A stretch of 64,000 nt of DNA from the NCBI GenBank assembly GCA_964057225.1, contig OZ059897.1, positions 6,386,001 through 6,450,000 on the forward strand, given 5' to 3'. This document shows, piece by piece, positions 12,301 to 25,453 of this stretch; position 1 is the stretch's first letter, and the number at the start of each line of letters is the position of its first letter. This DNA comes from Auanema rhodensis. Its lineage: Eukaryota; Animalia; Nematoda. The notes below the pieces were generated by a model, which was not told the origin of the DNA, did no database searches, and saw only the letters and a program-made list of their open reading frames with translations. Made by a program: the position numbers and the translations under genes.

Positions 12301-15300
12301 TATATTTGCAGCCATTCGAGCGTCGTTTTCATTTTTCTTCTATGTTATTTCATTTTTTTTTTGTATTTCTCGCCATTCATTTTTCATGCCACATTTTCTG
12401 TATTTGTATTCTTCAAGATCAGCGAAGAATTTACTACGGTATGCAACAAGTTACAAAAGCTTTGATGTAATGCCGAATAGTAGAGAGTCCTAATTATGGA
12501 TATAGAAGTAAGTAATCGGATGATTAGTAATCGTTTCCTCATATTTTAAATTCTATCGGAGCTTAATAACTTGGTAGTAGCGCAAGTTCCAATTATTAGA
12601 TAATCAGGCTCGAACGACTTCTCAATCAGATAGCTCTCAGATATGCAACGTGATCACAAAACTTTCTTCAACTTCTACAACATCTGCATAATATAACAAA
12701 ATATAATTTGTTGTTATATTATCAAATGATATATAATTTAAATAAATTATAATAAATTATATTTATTAAAACATAAAATAAAATACAATTTTACTATTTA
12801 CTATGTGTATATTCTTCTGTAAATAGTAGATATGAAAGTCTCTTTAGGCAAATCACAAAAAAGTATTTCAAACCATGGATAACCGCAGTTCAATATTTCT
12901 GGTTACCACGGTTTCGAAACAGCTACTTGTATATCTTTGAATTATCCTCAAGTTTGGCTGTATCTGGAATGATATTTCTATTCTTTAAAGAAATTGTACC
13001 CTCAATTACATGGTTGGGAATGTGATAACGCCTTTCTGAAACCATTTTCTTCAGTCCATTAGGAACCCTTCTTCTCTCTATATTTTTCTTTGAAATAGCT
13101 TCATTCTATTGACAGTCTTGATTGCTTCTAGAAATACTTCTGGAATATTCTCCCTCAGCGCTTGATAGAGAAACACCCGAAGTTTTTAACTTTGTCTGTC
13201 TGACTCTGGTATTTTGTAGCACATAGCGGCTAGGCATTTGGTAGGCCAGAGAGTTCCCCACTCACTTTTTCATATTTCCTCTGCAACTACACCTTTCTCT
13301 AACTTCCCGCTTTTCTGCTCACTTGTCTATCTCCCTTTCTACATTGTACTCTCTTCTCATTCTCTTTCATGGGCTGGAAAGGTTTGTCGAGACAGCTCTC
13401 AGCCTGCTTTAGGCCAGAAAACCCTTCTAGTTCAGCCTCTCGGACCTAATTACCGTATACCGGAAGGCGGGCAGACGCCAGGTGCTAGCCGCTGGTCAGC
13501 AGTCTTTCGAACCTTACTCACCCTGGTGCACTCTATAGACACCTCCCCCCACGTTCGTGCCATAATATTCTGTTCTTCGATTGAGGTAACCTAAGGTCTG
13601 TTCTTACCAACCTCAACGAAGAGTCAATCAGAGCTGAGTTAAGTCCGTTGCCTGGCTTCTGCTTCCAATTGAGCTACAGAATTTTGACTACGCCGAGGGA
13701 TACCACATATTCCATCTGCATCAGTCACTATCCACATATCATTGAACCAACTAACTAGGGTTCGAACTTTTATTACTGCTCAGTGGAACTTTTGCCCACC
13801 ATCTATACACCGCACCTATCAACATGTATTCACCTACTCTTTATCCACCGTCATCTGACTTAGATGATTGTTGGAGTGGCAAAGCTGACGATATGCTTCT
13901 TTTCAGTAATACAACATATGTCTATGCAGGTGATACGCCATCTTACCAATACTACCAAGTAAGTTTTTTTTTCTTTCAAAAGTTCACTTAGCTAGTTACA
14001 ATGCGAAACTTGTTGTTTACTATTTCACTCTCTCTTAGACTATATTTTCACATAATATTTGGGTAAAAATCTTACTTTTTCGAGTCTAAAAGGACATGCG
14101 AAGTTATTCTAAGAGTTTATTCAACATTCTTGTTTTCATGATAGCAAAAAACCTAGTTAATATGCTTTACTTAATCATTGTTTCAATAAGATTTTCGTTG
14201 AGCATAGATTGATCTCGTAAAATAATTATTTTCCTGAAAATTTATTAAAACTTCTTTTAATTGTTTTGTCCTCTAGCTACGTTTCCTATAAAACAAAGTT
14301 AAACTGAATAATTAAAGCTCCGTTTTAAATGTTTTCATAAATCATAATTTATTTGAAAAATTTTAAAATAATCTTCGATTTAAAATATCTTTGATTTGAT
14401 ATTTTTTCTAAAAAGTTGAGAAAAGATTCCATGCTTTTCGCATATATATACAAACCTAATGATAGCCACAATCTGGCCCCATCACATGATGATTTCGATA
14501 TAATATTTAGAATTGAAGAAATAATTATTTTAAATCGTTTTTCAGTATTCGGGAAATGTGCACTCGCCTAACCAACAGTATATCGTTAGTGGAAATCATT
14601 CTCCAGGATCAGCTGATGACGATCACAACACCGGCATTCAGCATGCTACCAGGGCTTCACCAGCCACAGTGAGTCATTCATTTTTTTCGGCAGTTGCATA
14701 ATGGTGCAGAGATCTTGAAACTTAAGTTCGGAAGTTCGCAATGTGAAGGTTTGGCTCTTTCTAGCACAGCCTCTTCCTAATTGATTCGAACTTAAATAAT
14801 GATGTAGAAAACGCTGTGTAGGCACAAGCCTAATTTTCCTCATCGATAGATAGAGTTCTACGTCTTAGGTCACAACATATTTTAATAATTGCTGTCGAGA
14901 ACACGCGTTCTCAGCTTCCGGTTGTCGGCCACAAATTATTTTTCTTTTTGGTTCTGCAACATTGCTGACACTAAGCTTTTGATTCTTTCATTGACAAAAT
15001 GAGTTTGAAAGAGTTTGTATGTGAGAGAAAAAGCTTTAACCTAGTGTTACTATCAGTAAATAACATTAGTTTGACACAAGAGTTCATTTCATAGATCTAT
15101 ATACTACTCTCAGTTAAATACATTCTAACTGAATTATTGAGCGACGGATATGGAATAAATGGATTGAAATGATACTTAATGAAAGGGAGTACGAGCACGG
15201 GGTGAGAAACATGACGAATGGTGGGTGGCTTAACAGATAATTTTCTACCTAGCATATATAGATAAGATGATTATATGTATATTGAGCTAGTGAAAGCTAT

Positions 15301-17889
15301 AATTGTCAGCTTTACCTCTCATTTTGAACATTTATCTACTTGACATGACCAATTATACTCGAATGGTGTATGTACAAGGCAATGGTTGGATCGGAGAGCA
15401 ATATGTGTCTCCCCCTTCCTATTAGGCAATGACAAGGATAATTCTAAGTTATTATCGTTTTTGATTATTCAATATATCCATCTATATATCTATATATCTA
15501 TAATAAAAATATATTTTAGAACATCATTATGGTCTGAAATCAATAATTATATTAGAATATCGTAGATGAAAATGAAATTATCTGCAACCAAAAAATATAT
15601 AAATACATATCTATATAAAGAAAAAGAGAGAGGGAGAGGGAGAGAGAGAGAGGGAGAAGGAGAAGCTTTGATATTCATTGTGCAAATATTCTGTTTTTAC
15701 AGCTATACGCTTTTTTCGAATATGAATAGGAACTACATCATGGCAAAGCTTAGATTTATGACAAAAAAGAAATCTTTATTTTGAGTTGCTGATTCTTTTG
15801 TTTATCCAAATCAATTTCAATAGATCACATAAGAATGTGAGAAAATCTGTGTGTTGTTTCAAACAACAAGTTATAGAAAAAGAATATTCTCCCTCTCTCT
15901 CTCTCTCTCTCTCTGTCTTTTTCTTTTATTTCTGAAAAAAAATATTTTTGGTTGAATACAAATTACGAAGTCTGATATAGATATATCAACTGTTTTTCTC
16001 AGATATAAATACATTTTTCTTGTAATTCTGTTCATATATCACCTTTTGCTTTTACCCCCCCCCCCCCTTTCCTCTCAATTCCAATGAAAGACACACATAA
16101 TAGAAAAAAAAGAAAAAACGAAGGAAAGATTCTTAAATTTTATATTTCTCATATTAGAAATATTTGATCTCTGTTCATGAAAGCAGAATTTAAAATCTAA
16201 TTAGTGAGACATATACGAGTTTAATATAAGTTGAGTGATCATTCTTAAATGATTATACGCGATCTCATAAATCAGTCTAATTCGCTTATTACGTCAATGC
16301 TTGATATAAATATTTATCTCTCACACACTATTCGTATTGTTAGCTTGGAAGCTGGACAGCTGAATTTAATAAGTAAGCTGTAATTCAGATCTATATCCGA
16401 CCTAGAACAGGATTATAATTGCTGTGCGGGTGTGTTCCAATCATAAAGGTCATTGTGCTGTAGCTACCGTGAGCCTTATTTGGTCATTCTGATTCTCGTG
16501 GCAGTCATAAGGCTAGGATTAAAATCAGGCTTCACTGTTTTCTTAAATTGGATGAAGCTGAACGGTGAAATTGCCCAGAAAGATATAGAAGAGAAGTAGG
16601 CGGTAGAAGGTATGAAAGAAGAAAATAGTAATATAGGGGAGGTATGAACATTCTAAGAAGTGTTTGGGGACTTAATGTTTTCATGAAACACCTCCAAATA
16701 TTGTGAAGTATTTCTGTCTGAGCTTGCACCTGGTTACCTTCATCTTGTACATGGTTTCTCGTGCCGGAAAATCTATACAGAAGCCTCTGGAAAAATCATT
16801 TAGAAGGCTAATGGCATATGATTCAAAGCAATTCCGAAAAGCTTAAGCCTAATCCCTACCCTTATCTTGCAACAACATCCAATGCTTGCTTGTCTCATTT
16901 TGTCAAAGCATGAATTCATATTTACGAAGAATAATATAAGAATATTCTGACTGTGCTTTCATATGTCATTAACTTCTTCATACATCATATTACGTTTAAT
17001 TCGATGTCAAAAAGATAAAAGCATCTGTAAACTCTCAAAAGAGCAGCAGCTTGAGTAATAAGCTATTCCATCAAAACAGTTAAGTCTTCTTGAAAGAGCG
17101 GCTGCTGAGGAAAATTAGAGCGAGGTAATTAGGTCAAGCTTAGAAACATATATATGAGGTAGATAGCGGCAATATAAGACCAATTAACTTATGATGATGA
17201 GAGGACTACTCACATATACCCGTCAATCTCCATGGATTGTTCGACTGCCACGGTTTTCTTTCCTATTTTCCTGAACAGCCGTCTGGGGCCACATTATTAA
17301 CGAACCGACGGACAATTGTTACTAGAATTGCTCAGAACCTGCATCAAGGCTATTTAGCACAATAATGACAATATGTCACGCAATTTACGTGAGAATAAGA
17401 GATTTCACGTGTTCACGTTCACTCATTAGCATGATGTTAGCTGAAAGCGGTTGCATTTCTATCATTCATATCAACAAATTTCAAATAAATTCTGTACGCC
17501 GAAAGAATTTGTTGACGCTGTTTTTTATTTATCAGGATAGATCAAATCTATAAGATTGATTTCTATAAGATGTGTTACCTTGTTGAGAAATAGAAAGAGG
17601 GGAACATACAGAAAGAGAGAGAGAGATATATATTAAAACCTTTCTTCCATTTTCTCATGTAAAATTGATTTGAGTAGCTCTGATTTTCTACGAAGACTGA
17701 TTGTAGACATTGGGGGAAAACAATCTTCAAGCTCACTGAATAGAGACATAACTAGGAACACCAGCTGAAACTAATTACACTCACATGGTGGTCCCTCTCA
17801 TTGTCCTGTTATCTCATGTATGCTCTATTTCTCTACTTCACTAAATCAGCTCTCTTATTCTTTTATATACCTTTTTACATGCATCTCTG

Positions 17890-17951
<62 letters not shown>

Positions 17952-20900
17952 CTTGCTTAAGTCTTTCGATTTCCGGACTTCATTAGAGAAGTTATCTGTT
18001 TACGGTCACCCAATATGGCTTTATTCCATGTTAAATGATAGACATTTAACTAATATTTTCCAATAAAAGCTTAAACAAGAGCTAACTACCGAAGTGTAGA
18101 ATCTGAGAAAGGAAGTGAATTGACTAACATACATCATCAAGCAGAGCATACAGGAAAACAACAGCCGTTTCTAACAGTATAACGACGATTTTTACCTTAT
18201 GAAAAGAGTAGTGACACTGAATAAATGGTCATTAGTCAATTCTATTCTCGACATTATTCATTGTAGATTGAAGACGAGCAACAGGTGTTCGCCAATGGGC
18301 CAAATTAGGTGGCCGGTATGACCATCTTCGAATTTCTTATTTTCCAATCAGATACATCTTTTCCATATTTAAGGGATATTAAGAAAAAACAGTATTTCAT
18401 GTGTTTTGATGAATTATTTCAGCTTGAATAGAATTGAAGAAGGGATGTACAGTAGTAATATACTGTCTGTATTAATGGAGGGAAAGGAAAGCAAAAAAGA
18501 AACAGAGAGTGAGAGAGAGAGAGAGAGAGGGGGGGGGGAATGGTTGAGAAATTAATAATGGTTTTAACAACAAGCTTGCTAATTTGTATTTAAGGTAATC
18601 ATCGAGGGAAATGAATTGAGAGGGATTATTTTGAACAAGAAAATAGGGAATATTTTGAAGGAAAATAGAGCCAAAAGGTGACAGATGTTTTTTTAGAAGC
18701 AAAGCCGCAGCTAGTTTATAGATTAGACGAGATTATGTTTTAATATCATAGGTTGAGGGAAAGATTCCTAAATGGAAAAAGAACAAGGTGAATAAAGGTC
18801 ACCTGCTCCGATTATGTTGGAAGAAAGAGATATAATAATCCGAAGACATTTGATTTCTCTCTCTCTCTCTCTCTCTCCCTGTATGTCTCTATGTCACTAG
18901 TATTCATAGCAAAACCAACAATATCGTACTCATTCGTTTCATGAAATAGTTGAATTACTGTTGAAAACTCATATTCATCGGTATTTCAATCGATCTACAA
19001 CATGGGCTAACTGACTGCTCTGTCTTGCTGTCTTGCATCCGGTAGACAAAGTAAGAACCATTGAATCATAAGAATTTTTGACGAGAAATAGACTAACTTG
19101 AACATAAGTATGGATCAAACGTCTAAGAGCTAGAGCAAAAGAGTTAGAACGAAAAGTATATAGCGCAGTTGTTACCTTAGCAACCTAGAGTACCTAGTAC
19201 TCCCCGGACCTTCAAAATTTGTGTGTTTAGCCTCGAAGTTTAAGCCATTTTGAGAGAAAACTTTTTCCTATTCTTTGATATTCTTTGGAAAGAATATAGA
19301 AAAAGTTTCAAAAATTAATTTGTATAATTCAATGACCATATTCCTATCTATATCTATGCTTCCGCCACGAAAATTGCATCATTTTCAAGTATAGACATTC
19401 GAAATTTCCCTTTTTTTCCCTGTAAAATTGCTATTTCTCTAATTGTTTCTAAAAATGATGTTGGATTCTTTATTGCGAATTGACTCATCACCAGAAACTC
19501 GTCTACATGTAAGGATTGAATTAAGCAATATTCTCATAACAACCTTATAAAATATATGAAAAAAATTTAAATTAATTATAATTTATGTAGTTATTTATAT
19601 AAAATATTTTAAATTTATTGAAATTCTTTTAATTTCAGATACAGTGGTTACTGGATAACTATGAACCATCTGATGGGACGTCTTTACCTAGATGCACCTT
19701 ATATGACCATTATAAAAAGTAAAATTTCATGAATATTTCTTTAAAAAATGAAAAATATTACTCATATTCTTAAATATTATTTTATGGAAAACTTTATTCA
19801 AAAGGATTAGTGAACTTCTGTCAATGTTTTAACGTTGCCATGGCAACCAGTTCTGAGTATTTTGTCCTTCGGACCTATAGTTAAACACTCAAATATTTAT
19901 AAGTTATGCTAAGCAAGAAATAAATTAAAGAACGAAAAATAGAATTTCAGTCTTTTTTCTCTTTTTAAAAAAAAAATGTTCGAAAGAAAATTATATATTT
20001 CGAAACTTTAGGCATTGCATGGAATATAAGTTAGATCCTGTTAATGCTGCTTCATTTGGTAAACTGATTCGGAATGTTTTTCAAAATTTACGAACAAGAC
20101 GTTTGGGAACTCGAGGCAACTCCAAATATCATTATTATGGAATAAGGTTGTTTGATTCTTTATAATCTTTATTCTAAATTTCAATGTAATTTCCAGAATA
20201 AAGCCAACTTCAATATTGAATCGTGAGAGAATTCATGATTATTCATCAGAAGAAACTTGTGCTCCACCAAGACAGTAAGATTATTCATTATTTGATATCA
20301 TTATCTATTCAATTAAGACATTCTCGAGCAGCCAAGAGAGCAGCCCCACCATCTCAGACCTCTGTTAGTCCTCACTCAACCAGCAGGTTTGTAAACTTCA
20401 ATCTTTGGAATTGAATAGAAATAATTTTTAGCTTCAGCCCTGTTCCTAATCTTCCAAACCCTTTGATCTCAAATACTGATACAAACGTTATAGTTGGTAA
20501 GTTTGTTATTAAATTTCTTTAAAGTTCAAAAATAAATGCAAGAAAGAAATGTTTAAACTATCAATATTTAGCTTCTGAACTCGATAAACAATCCTTGGGT
20601 GATGGAGAATTGCCAAAAGTTGAGCTTCACTTCCGAGTGGGCTTGGAAGACGAATTAAGAAAGTTTGGTTTAGAACTGTCGCATGTGTGCAAGTTTGTGG
20701 AAATCTACAAACTTAATTGTGCGGTAAGAAGATTTTAATATAAAAAATATAAATTATTATTTATAAAATATTCAGGATGTGATATACTGTGTCAAAAACA
20801 TTGCTTTTGATAACGTTGGTCATTTATGGGCTTCCTTCTGGCAACCAGATGATTTTCTAGAGGATGACGAGTATGTTTTTCTTGTTTTCTCTTCTTTTCC

Positions 20901-21967
20901 CTCATTTGGTTTTTTTTAGCAAAACCACCCGGCTAACTCAACAGCATCTCTTCTCTATGTGCACAATTCCATTGATTCAATCTTTCATCGTTAGAATGGA
21001 TTTGGCTTTGTATCAGGTTATTGTGGATATTCTCGTTCCGGATGTTTTACTCTCTGAAATGACTCGTAAGCCTATTCCATATATTGGCATAATTTAATTT
21101 TTCTTTTAATCTTCAGCTCTTCTCATTCAAGCCTGTCGAAGTTTTGCAAAGAATGCAGAGGGATTTTTGAGAAAAGCCATGCAGGGTGCTCCTGACGTGA
21201 TTCAGAAAAAGAAAATTCAAGCAATTAAATATATGGCGCAGGGATTAAGAAGGTTGATAAAGCCATATCTCTATTCTCATATTTATTCATTTTTAGATAT
21301 ACATCGTTAAATCATCTCTCTCAAGCTGCTAAGGCTGTCTTACACAAGCCTGATCAAGTTGCTGCAATGTATACTGATTATATTAAGTATGATTATTTGT
21401 ATTTCTTTTCCTCAAAATATATTTAACTTCAGAGTTGACATTTCTCAAGTTCAAGAACAAGCTGGCTGGGTTTGTGGATGTGATCCTGTCACAATCAAAC
21501 AGATTCATAATGCTTTCAAAGATAATCTCCAGAAAGTTGCTTCTATGGCAGAGTGGGCTGAATGGATGGAAAGTATAGTTGATCAGGTATTTTCAATTAG
21601 ATTTTCGAATAATTCATTTATATTTCTTATTTAGAATGTGCAAATTCTATCAAATTATCATGGAAAACCAATCCAAGATGTGTCAAAAGTTGCCAAAAGA
21701 TTCTTATTACATTGGAGTTTATATACGTAAGTTTATGCTTTTGAAGCAGTTTATTCAAATTTTTATATGTTTCAGCTCAATGTTAATTCGTGATTTGACG
21801 TTACGATCAGCTAATTCTTTCGGCTCTTTTCATCTTATTCGATTATTATCAGATGAATATATGCTCTATCTCATTGAATCTAAATTATCAAAAGCGATGG
21901 ATAGGCCAACAATAGCAGTTATGACATTGGTAAGTTACAACTTGAATCTCTACTCTTTTTCAAATTA

Positions 21968-22033
<66 letters not shown>

Positions 22034-22521
22034 TTCAATTCCTTAATAACCGCCATTTCAGCCAACAGATTATCCAATCTTTGATGATCTTATCATTCAC
22101 GGACCGTCATCGCCTGTTCTACAAGTGCCTGCTCCTCTCCCGCCTATTTCCTTAAACTCTTTGTATATGCCACATGATTCTCTCTTATATGGTGATAAGG
22201 TGGGATTTTCAGTAAGTCAATTAAACTCTAACATGTGTCGTGAAATTTCTATGAATATGAATATATAAGGAAATATTGTAAATCGTATTGTTTTCAGTTC
22301 ATAATTGGAAGCGACGAGCATATTAATAGTCCTGTTGTCGTAACAGATGGTGGAGGTTTGTACATTATTTTCTTTTTCTTATAAAACTTATATAAATTAG
22401 AATTTTTTCATTTTTTAACATGAAATATATCATTTTCTTGATTCCTACAACAATCCTCTAAATAATATTTTATTTTTCAGAATTACTATCTAGCTTACAA
22501 CCATCTGGCGAGCTTTTATAA
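3370..22521 (+). CDS. daf-19: RFX transcription factor (long isoform, more than 20 exons)
   Basis: N-terminal exons [23 protein letters not shown] (3370-3488) and IWKIKMNSM (4299-4403) match the C. elegans DAF-19 N-terminus. The RFX DNA-binding domain reads TRASPAT|[27 protein letters not shown]|[45 protein letters not shown] (exons near 14546, 19639 and 20012). The dimerization region contains [22 protein letters not shown] and [28 protein letters not shown]. Stop TAA at 22519-22521. Confidence 0.96.
3676..3689 (+). promoter_or_regulatory. X-box (RFX site) GTAACCTTGGCAAC in daf-19 intron 1
   Basis: Fits the nematode X-box consensus RTHNYYWTRRNRAC at every position. Confidence 0.55.
11645..11658 (+). 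promoter_or_regulatory. X-box GTCTCCTTGGTGAC in a daf-19 intron
   Basis: Fits RTHNYYWTRRNRAC. A further X-box-like near-palindrome, GTCGCCTAGGCGAT, lies at 11979-11992. Confidence 0.5.
17892..17945. repeat. (CT)n microsatellite in daf-19 intron
   Basis: Directly visible dinucleotide run. Confidence 0.95.
19171..19184 (+). promoter_or_regulatory. X-box GTTACCTTAGCAAC about 270 bp upstream of a candidate internal daf-19 start
   Basis: Full match to RTHNYYWTRRNRAC. Confidence 0.6.
19455..19508 (+). CDS. daf-19: Candidate alternative first coding exon of a short daf-19 isoform
   Basis: aaaaATG start, 18 codons [18 protein letters not shown], strong GTAAGG donor in phase 0, in frame with the DNA-binding-domain exon at 19639. 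SSPET mirrors ASPAT at the end of the upstream exon. Confidence 0.55.
19834..19847. promoter_or_regulatory. Perfect palindromic X-box GTTGCCATGGCAAC in the intron splitting the RFX DNA-binding domain
   Basis: Exact 14-bp optimal RFX palindrome in otherwise very AT-rich intron sequence. Confidence 0.75.
21972..22025. repeat. (CT)n microsatellite in daf-19 intron
   Basis: Directly visible dinucleotide run. Confidence 0.95.
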
Positions 22522-23142
22522 TTCACTCCGTAGTCTGCTTAGTTTTGCAAGCTACTAACATTGAATAGATTGTCAGTGAAAAATTTCTATTTTTAGTGTA
22601 TAATATATTTTTCTTTTATTAATATACATATTTATCTAATAAGTATTGTTTCATCGTTATCTGCGGATTTTGTGCAATTATCAGAGCGAGATTGAGTTAT
22701 TAGTCATTATACACTTGGTGTTTAACATTTTCTCTCAAAACAAATCAGTGAACAAAGTTGTTTTAAAAGCTAAAAAAAAGCTATCCTTTATTACTTGCCA
22801 TATATATTTTTTCTTTTTCTTTTTTTTTATTAAATTCATGTTATTAATAATCTTTTTCTCATTCCTTATCATGTTCCTATTCCCAATACTTATGTCTCCT
22901 CTCATTTTATGTTTATATTATGTTTTTAATTATATGTGTCTGTACTTTTTTTATAGTTAGTTCCTCGTATCGAGATCTTTGCGAATTTTTTCGATGTGAT
23001 ACCAACGAATTGGCTTTCTGTCCTGTTCTTGTGTGTAAATTTTATTGATTATTGAGTAAATTTTTGGGCGTATTACTGTCTTCATATAAAGCATTTATTT
23101 AATTTCAAAGATATGAAAAACAATTATATTAAAATACACCTA

Positions 23143-25453
23143 TTATCCTCCTAATCGAGCATCCGGGAGTGGAGCTGTCTCATTACTGTAAGGATCGACC
23201 TGTTCTAAACCACTGATTTTTGCATTCCGACTTCTACAGAAGAAGAAAGTACCAAAAGAACTTAAAATATATATTTTAACCGAAAGAATAGTTAATGATT
23301 ATCACTTACAATACTGATATAAACGCTAGACAAATAACAATCAATACTATATGCCATTGATGTTCTCGTACAGCTACTCTGAAAATTGAAAAGCTATTTA
23401 GTTATTTAAAGCTAGACAAATTGATACGATGACGACGCCTTCTTCGACTAATTAGCATAGCAAATGCACTTCAACGTGACACTTGTGCGTCGCGTGTGAA
23501 GTGTTTCATTTCATTTACAAATTCGTTAAATCGGTTGCTTTCTGTATTCAATAGCGAAACGGTAAGTCTTTTTTATTGTTTTGATTTTGTATATTCGTTA
23601 ACCTGTGAGGCTTTGGAGTAGTTTGATGAGGAGGTATTGTAGTTGCATGAAGACGTTGATATTCTGTTTCTGTTACGATTGAGCATTTACCGTAATTTTG
23701 AACAGTACGAAAGTATGGGCAACCCTTAAAAGTTATATTAGTTTATTATAATATATAATATAATAATATACCACAGAAGGACAAAAGTATGAATCTTGTG
23801 AAAGAACTGCTTCCGATAAGTTATAACTCGGTCCCGTAATAAGTCGATTCCATAACCATTTAGCAGCATACATGTGTCCTTTTCTGTAAAATATTGATAT
23901 TCTCTACATATATCTATATGCTTAACAATAATAATAATAATATTATTTTTATTTTTATTATAAAATAAATCAAATGTCTATTACCTGTTGAGCACTGGTT
24001 TATCTTTAACAAACAGAGAATCCGGATTTCGAGAATGTATTGTTAATTGTGGAATTGCAAGTACTCCAAACGTTGTATAGTTAAGAGAATTGAATTCATT
24101 CTAGTAATATTTGGTTTAGAATTATATTTGAGTTATAGTTCTCATAATTACTTGAACTGACAGAAATACCCGTTTCCATTCGGCAATAATGAGCAAATAT
24201 TTCTTCTTTGATATGGATTCTAAGCACGGACAACGTTGTCTAAATACGTACTTATAAGCAAAAAAAATTGTTTTCTGTCAAACCTTAAGAGATCTCGGTT
24301 TAAGCTGTATGAAAAAGCGACATAAGCTGGGCCAAGTAAAACAACAAACGCTCTTGGAACTCCTTTTCGTAGTGTTCCCAATGCTTTTCTGATTGATGTA
24401 TGGTTTGGAACATCACAATGGTAACAAAACTAAAAAATTGTGTCAATGTTTCTTGTTTTATTTCATTTGTTTTACTTCTTCTGTTCCTGTTGCTATAATG
24501 ATTAAAGCCCATTTTTCGTTTAATTTCTGGGAATATTTGTTAATTCGAGTTACTAACTCAACAGCCTTAACAATTTTTTATATTATAAAGTAAATAGATA
24601 AACACATACTTGATCTGGCAATTGCTCAGTTTCCGAATGAGATTGAGCCACGTTATACTGGTAAGGCGGTAGCTGATCTCTGTCACCCATACCATGAGCA
24701 AGACCATCAAGTTTTTCATTAAATTGAAGCAAAATATCTAAATTTATTGATTAAATAAGCATTTTTAAATTCATATTTATTTACTTGGAATTGTTACTAG
24801 TCCATCAATATTCGCATCTCCTCCAATTGGAAATGCTGCTCCCCGAAAATCTACATCGGTATTTGACCAAAGACCTCGTCCAGTCTAGAACGATATGTTT
24901 GAATTCAACAAGGTTTTTCTTTTTTTTTTAATTTTCCGAACTCTTTCATATTCTTTTAACAATTTTTATCGAAAGTTTAGTTGTAAAAACAACATACAGA
25001 TAGGGAATCACCCATAGCTGCTACGATATCAATATCTTCTGGAGATAAATTGCTCATATCATCTCCCTAAAATATAAAAAAAAATATTGAGATGGCCGAG
25101 TTTACAAACTGTATGAAGTGCGGGCTTAACCAGCGGACATGCAAATGTTCCTCGAGTCTTGAAAGCTCCTTCAATTTGCAGATTAACATTATCTTGATGA
25201 TCTTCAGGTTCAGGAAGAAGACTGTCAAAAACAATATTTAGCAAATAAATTGAATTCAAATATCAGACTCATAATCGTCGCTACTGGAATGTTGCGATCG
25301 TCGATATCTACGGCGAGAATTCAATCGTTGAACATCAGAAGAACTAACCTATGAAGAGATGAAGATATTCATAAATTGACAACTCAAGTCAAACTATACC
25401 GATAATGCAAACAAGCAGGTTAAAAATATAAATAAATATATTTGAAGTTCCAT
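23143..25453 (-). CDS. Phospholipase B1-like SGNH/GDSL hydrolase-fold protein with signal peptide and C-terminal TM; probably catalytically degenerate
   Basis: Signal peptide MELQNIFIIFLTCLFALS. Motifs LSPEDIDIVAAMGDSLSTG, RGAAFPIGGD, KWALIIIATGTEE, KGHMYAAKWLWNRL and FCPSVGCPYFRT match the PLB1 family. TM segment WHIVLIVICLAFISV. Stop near 23143. Confidence 0.85.

Noticed and set aside
13238-13594. 118-aa ORF inside a daf-19 intron
   Set aside because: Non-ATG start, no recognisable domain and no compatible splice sites; more likely GC-richer regulatory DNA.
13759-13768. GGTTCGAA T-loop-like motifs (also near 41398)
   Set aside because: No cloverleaf or A-box context, so these are not tRNAs.
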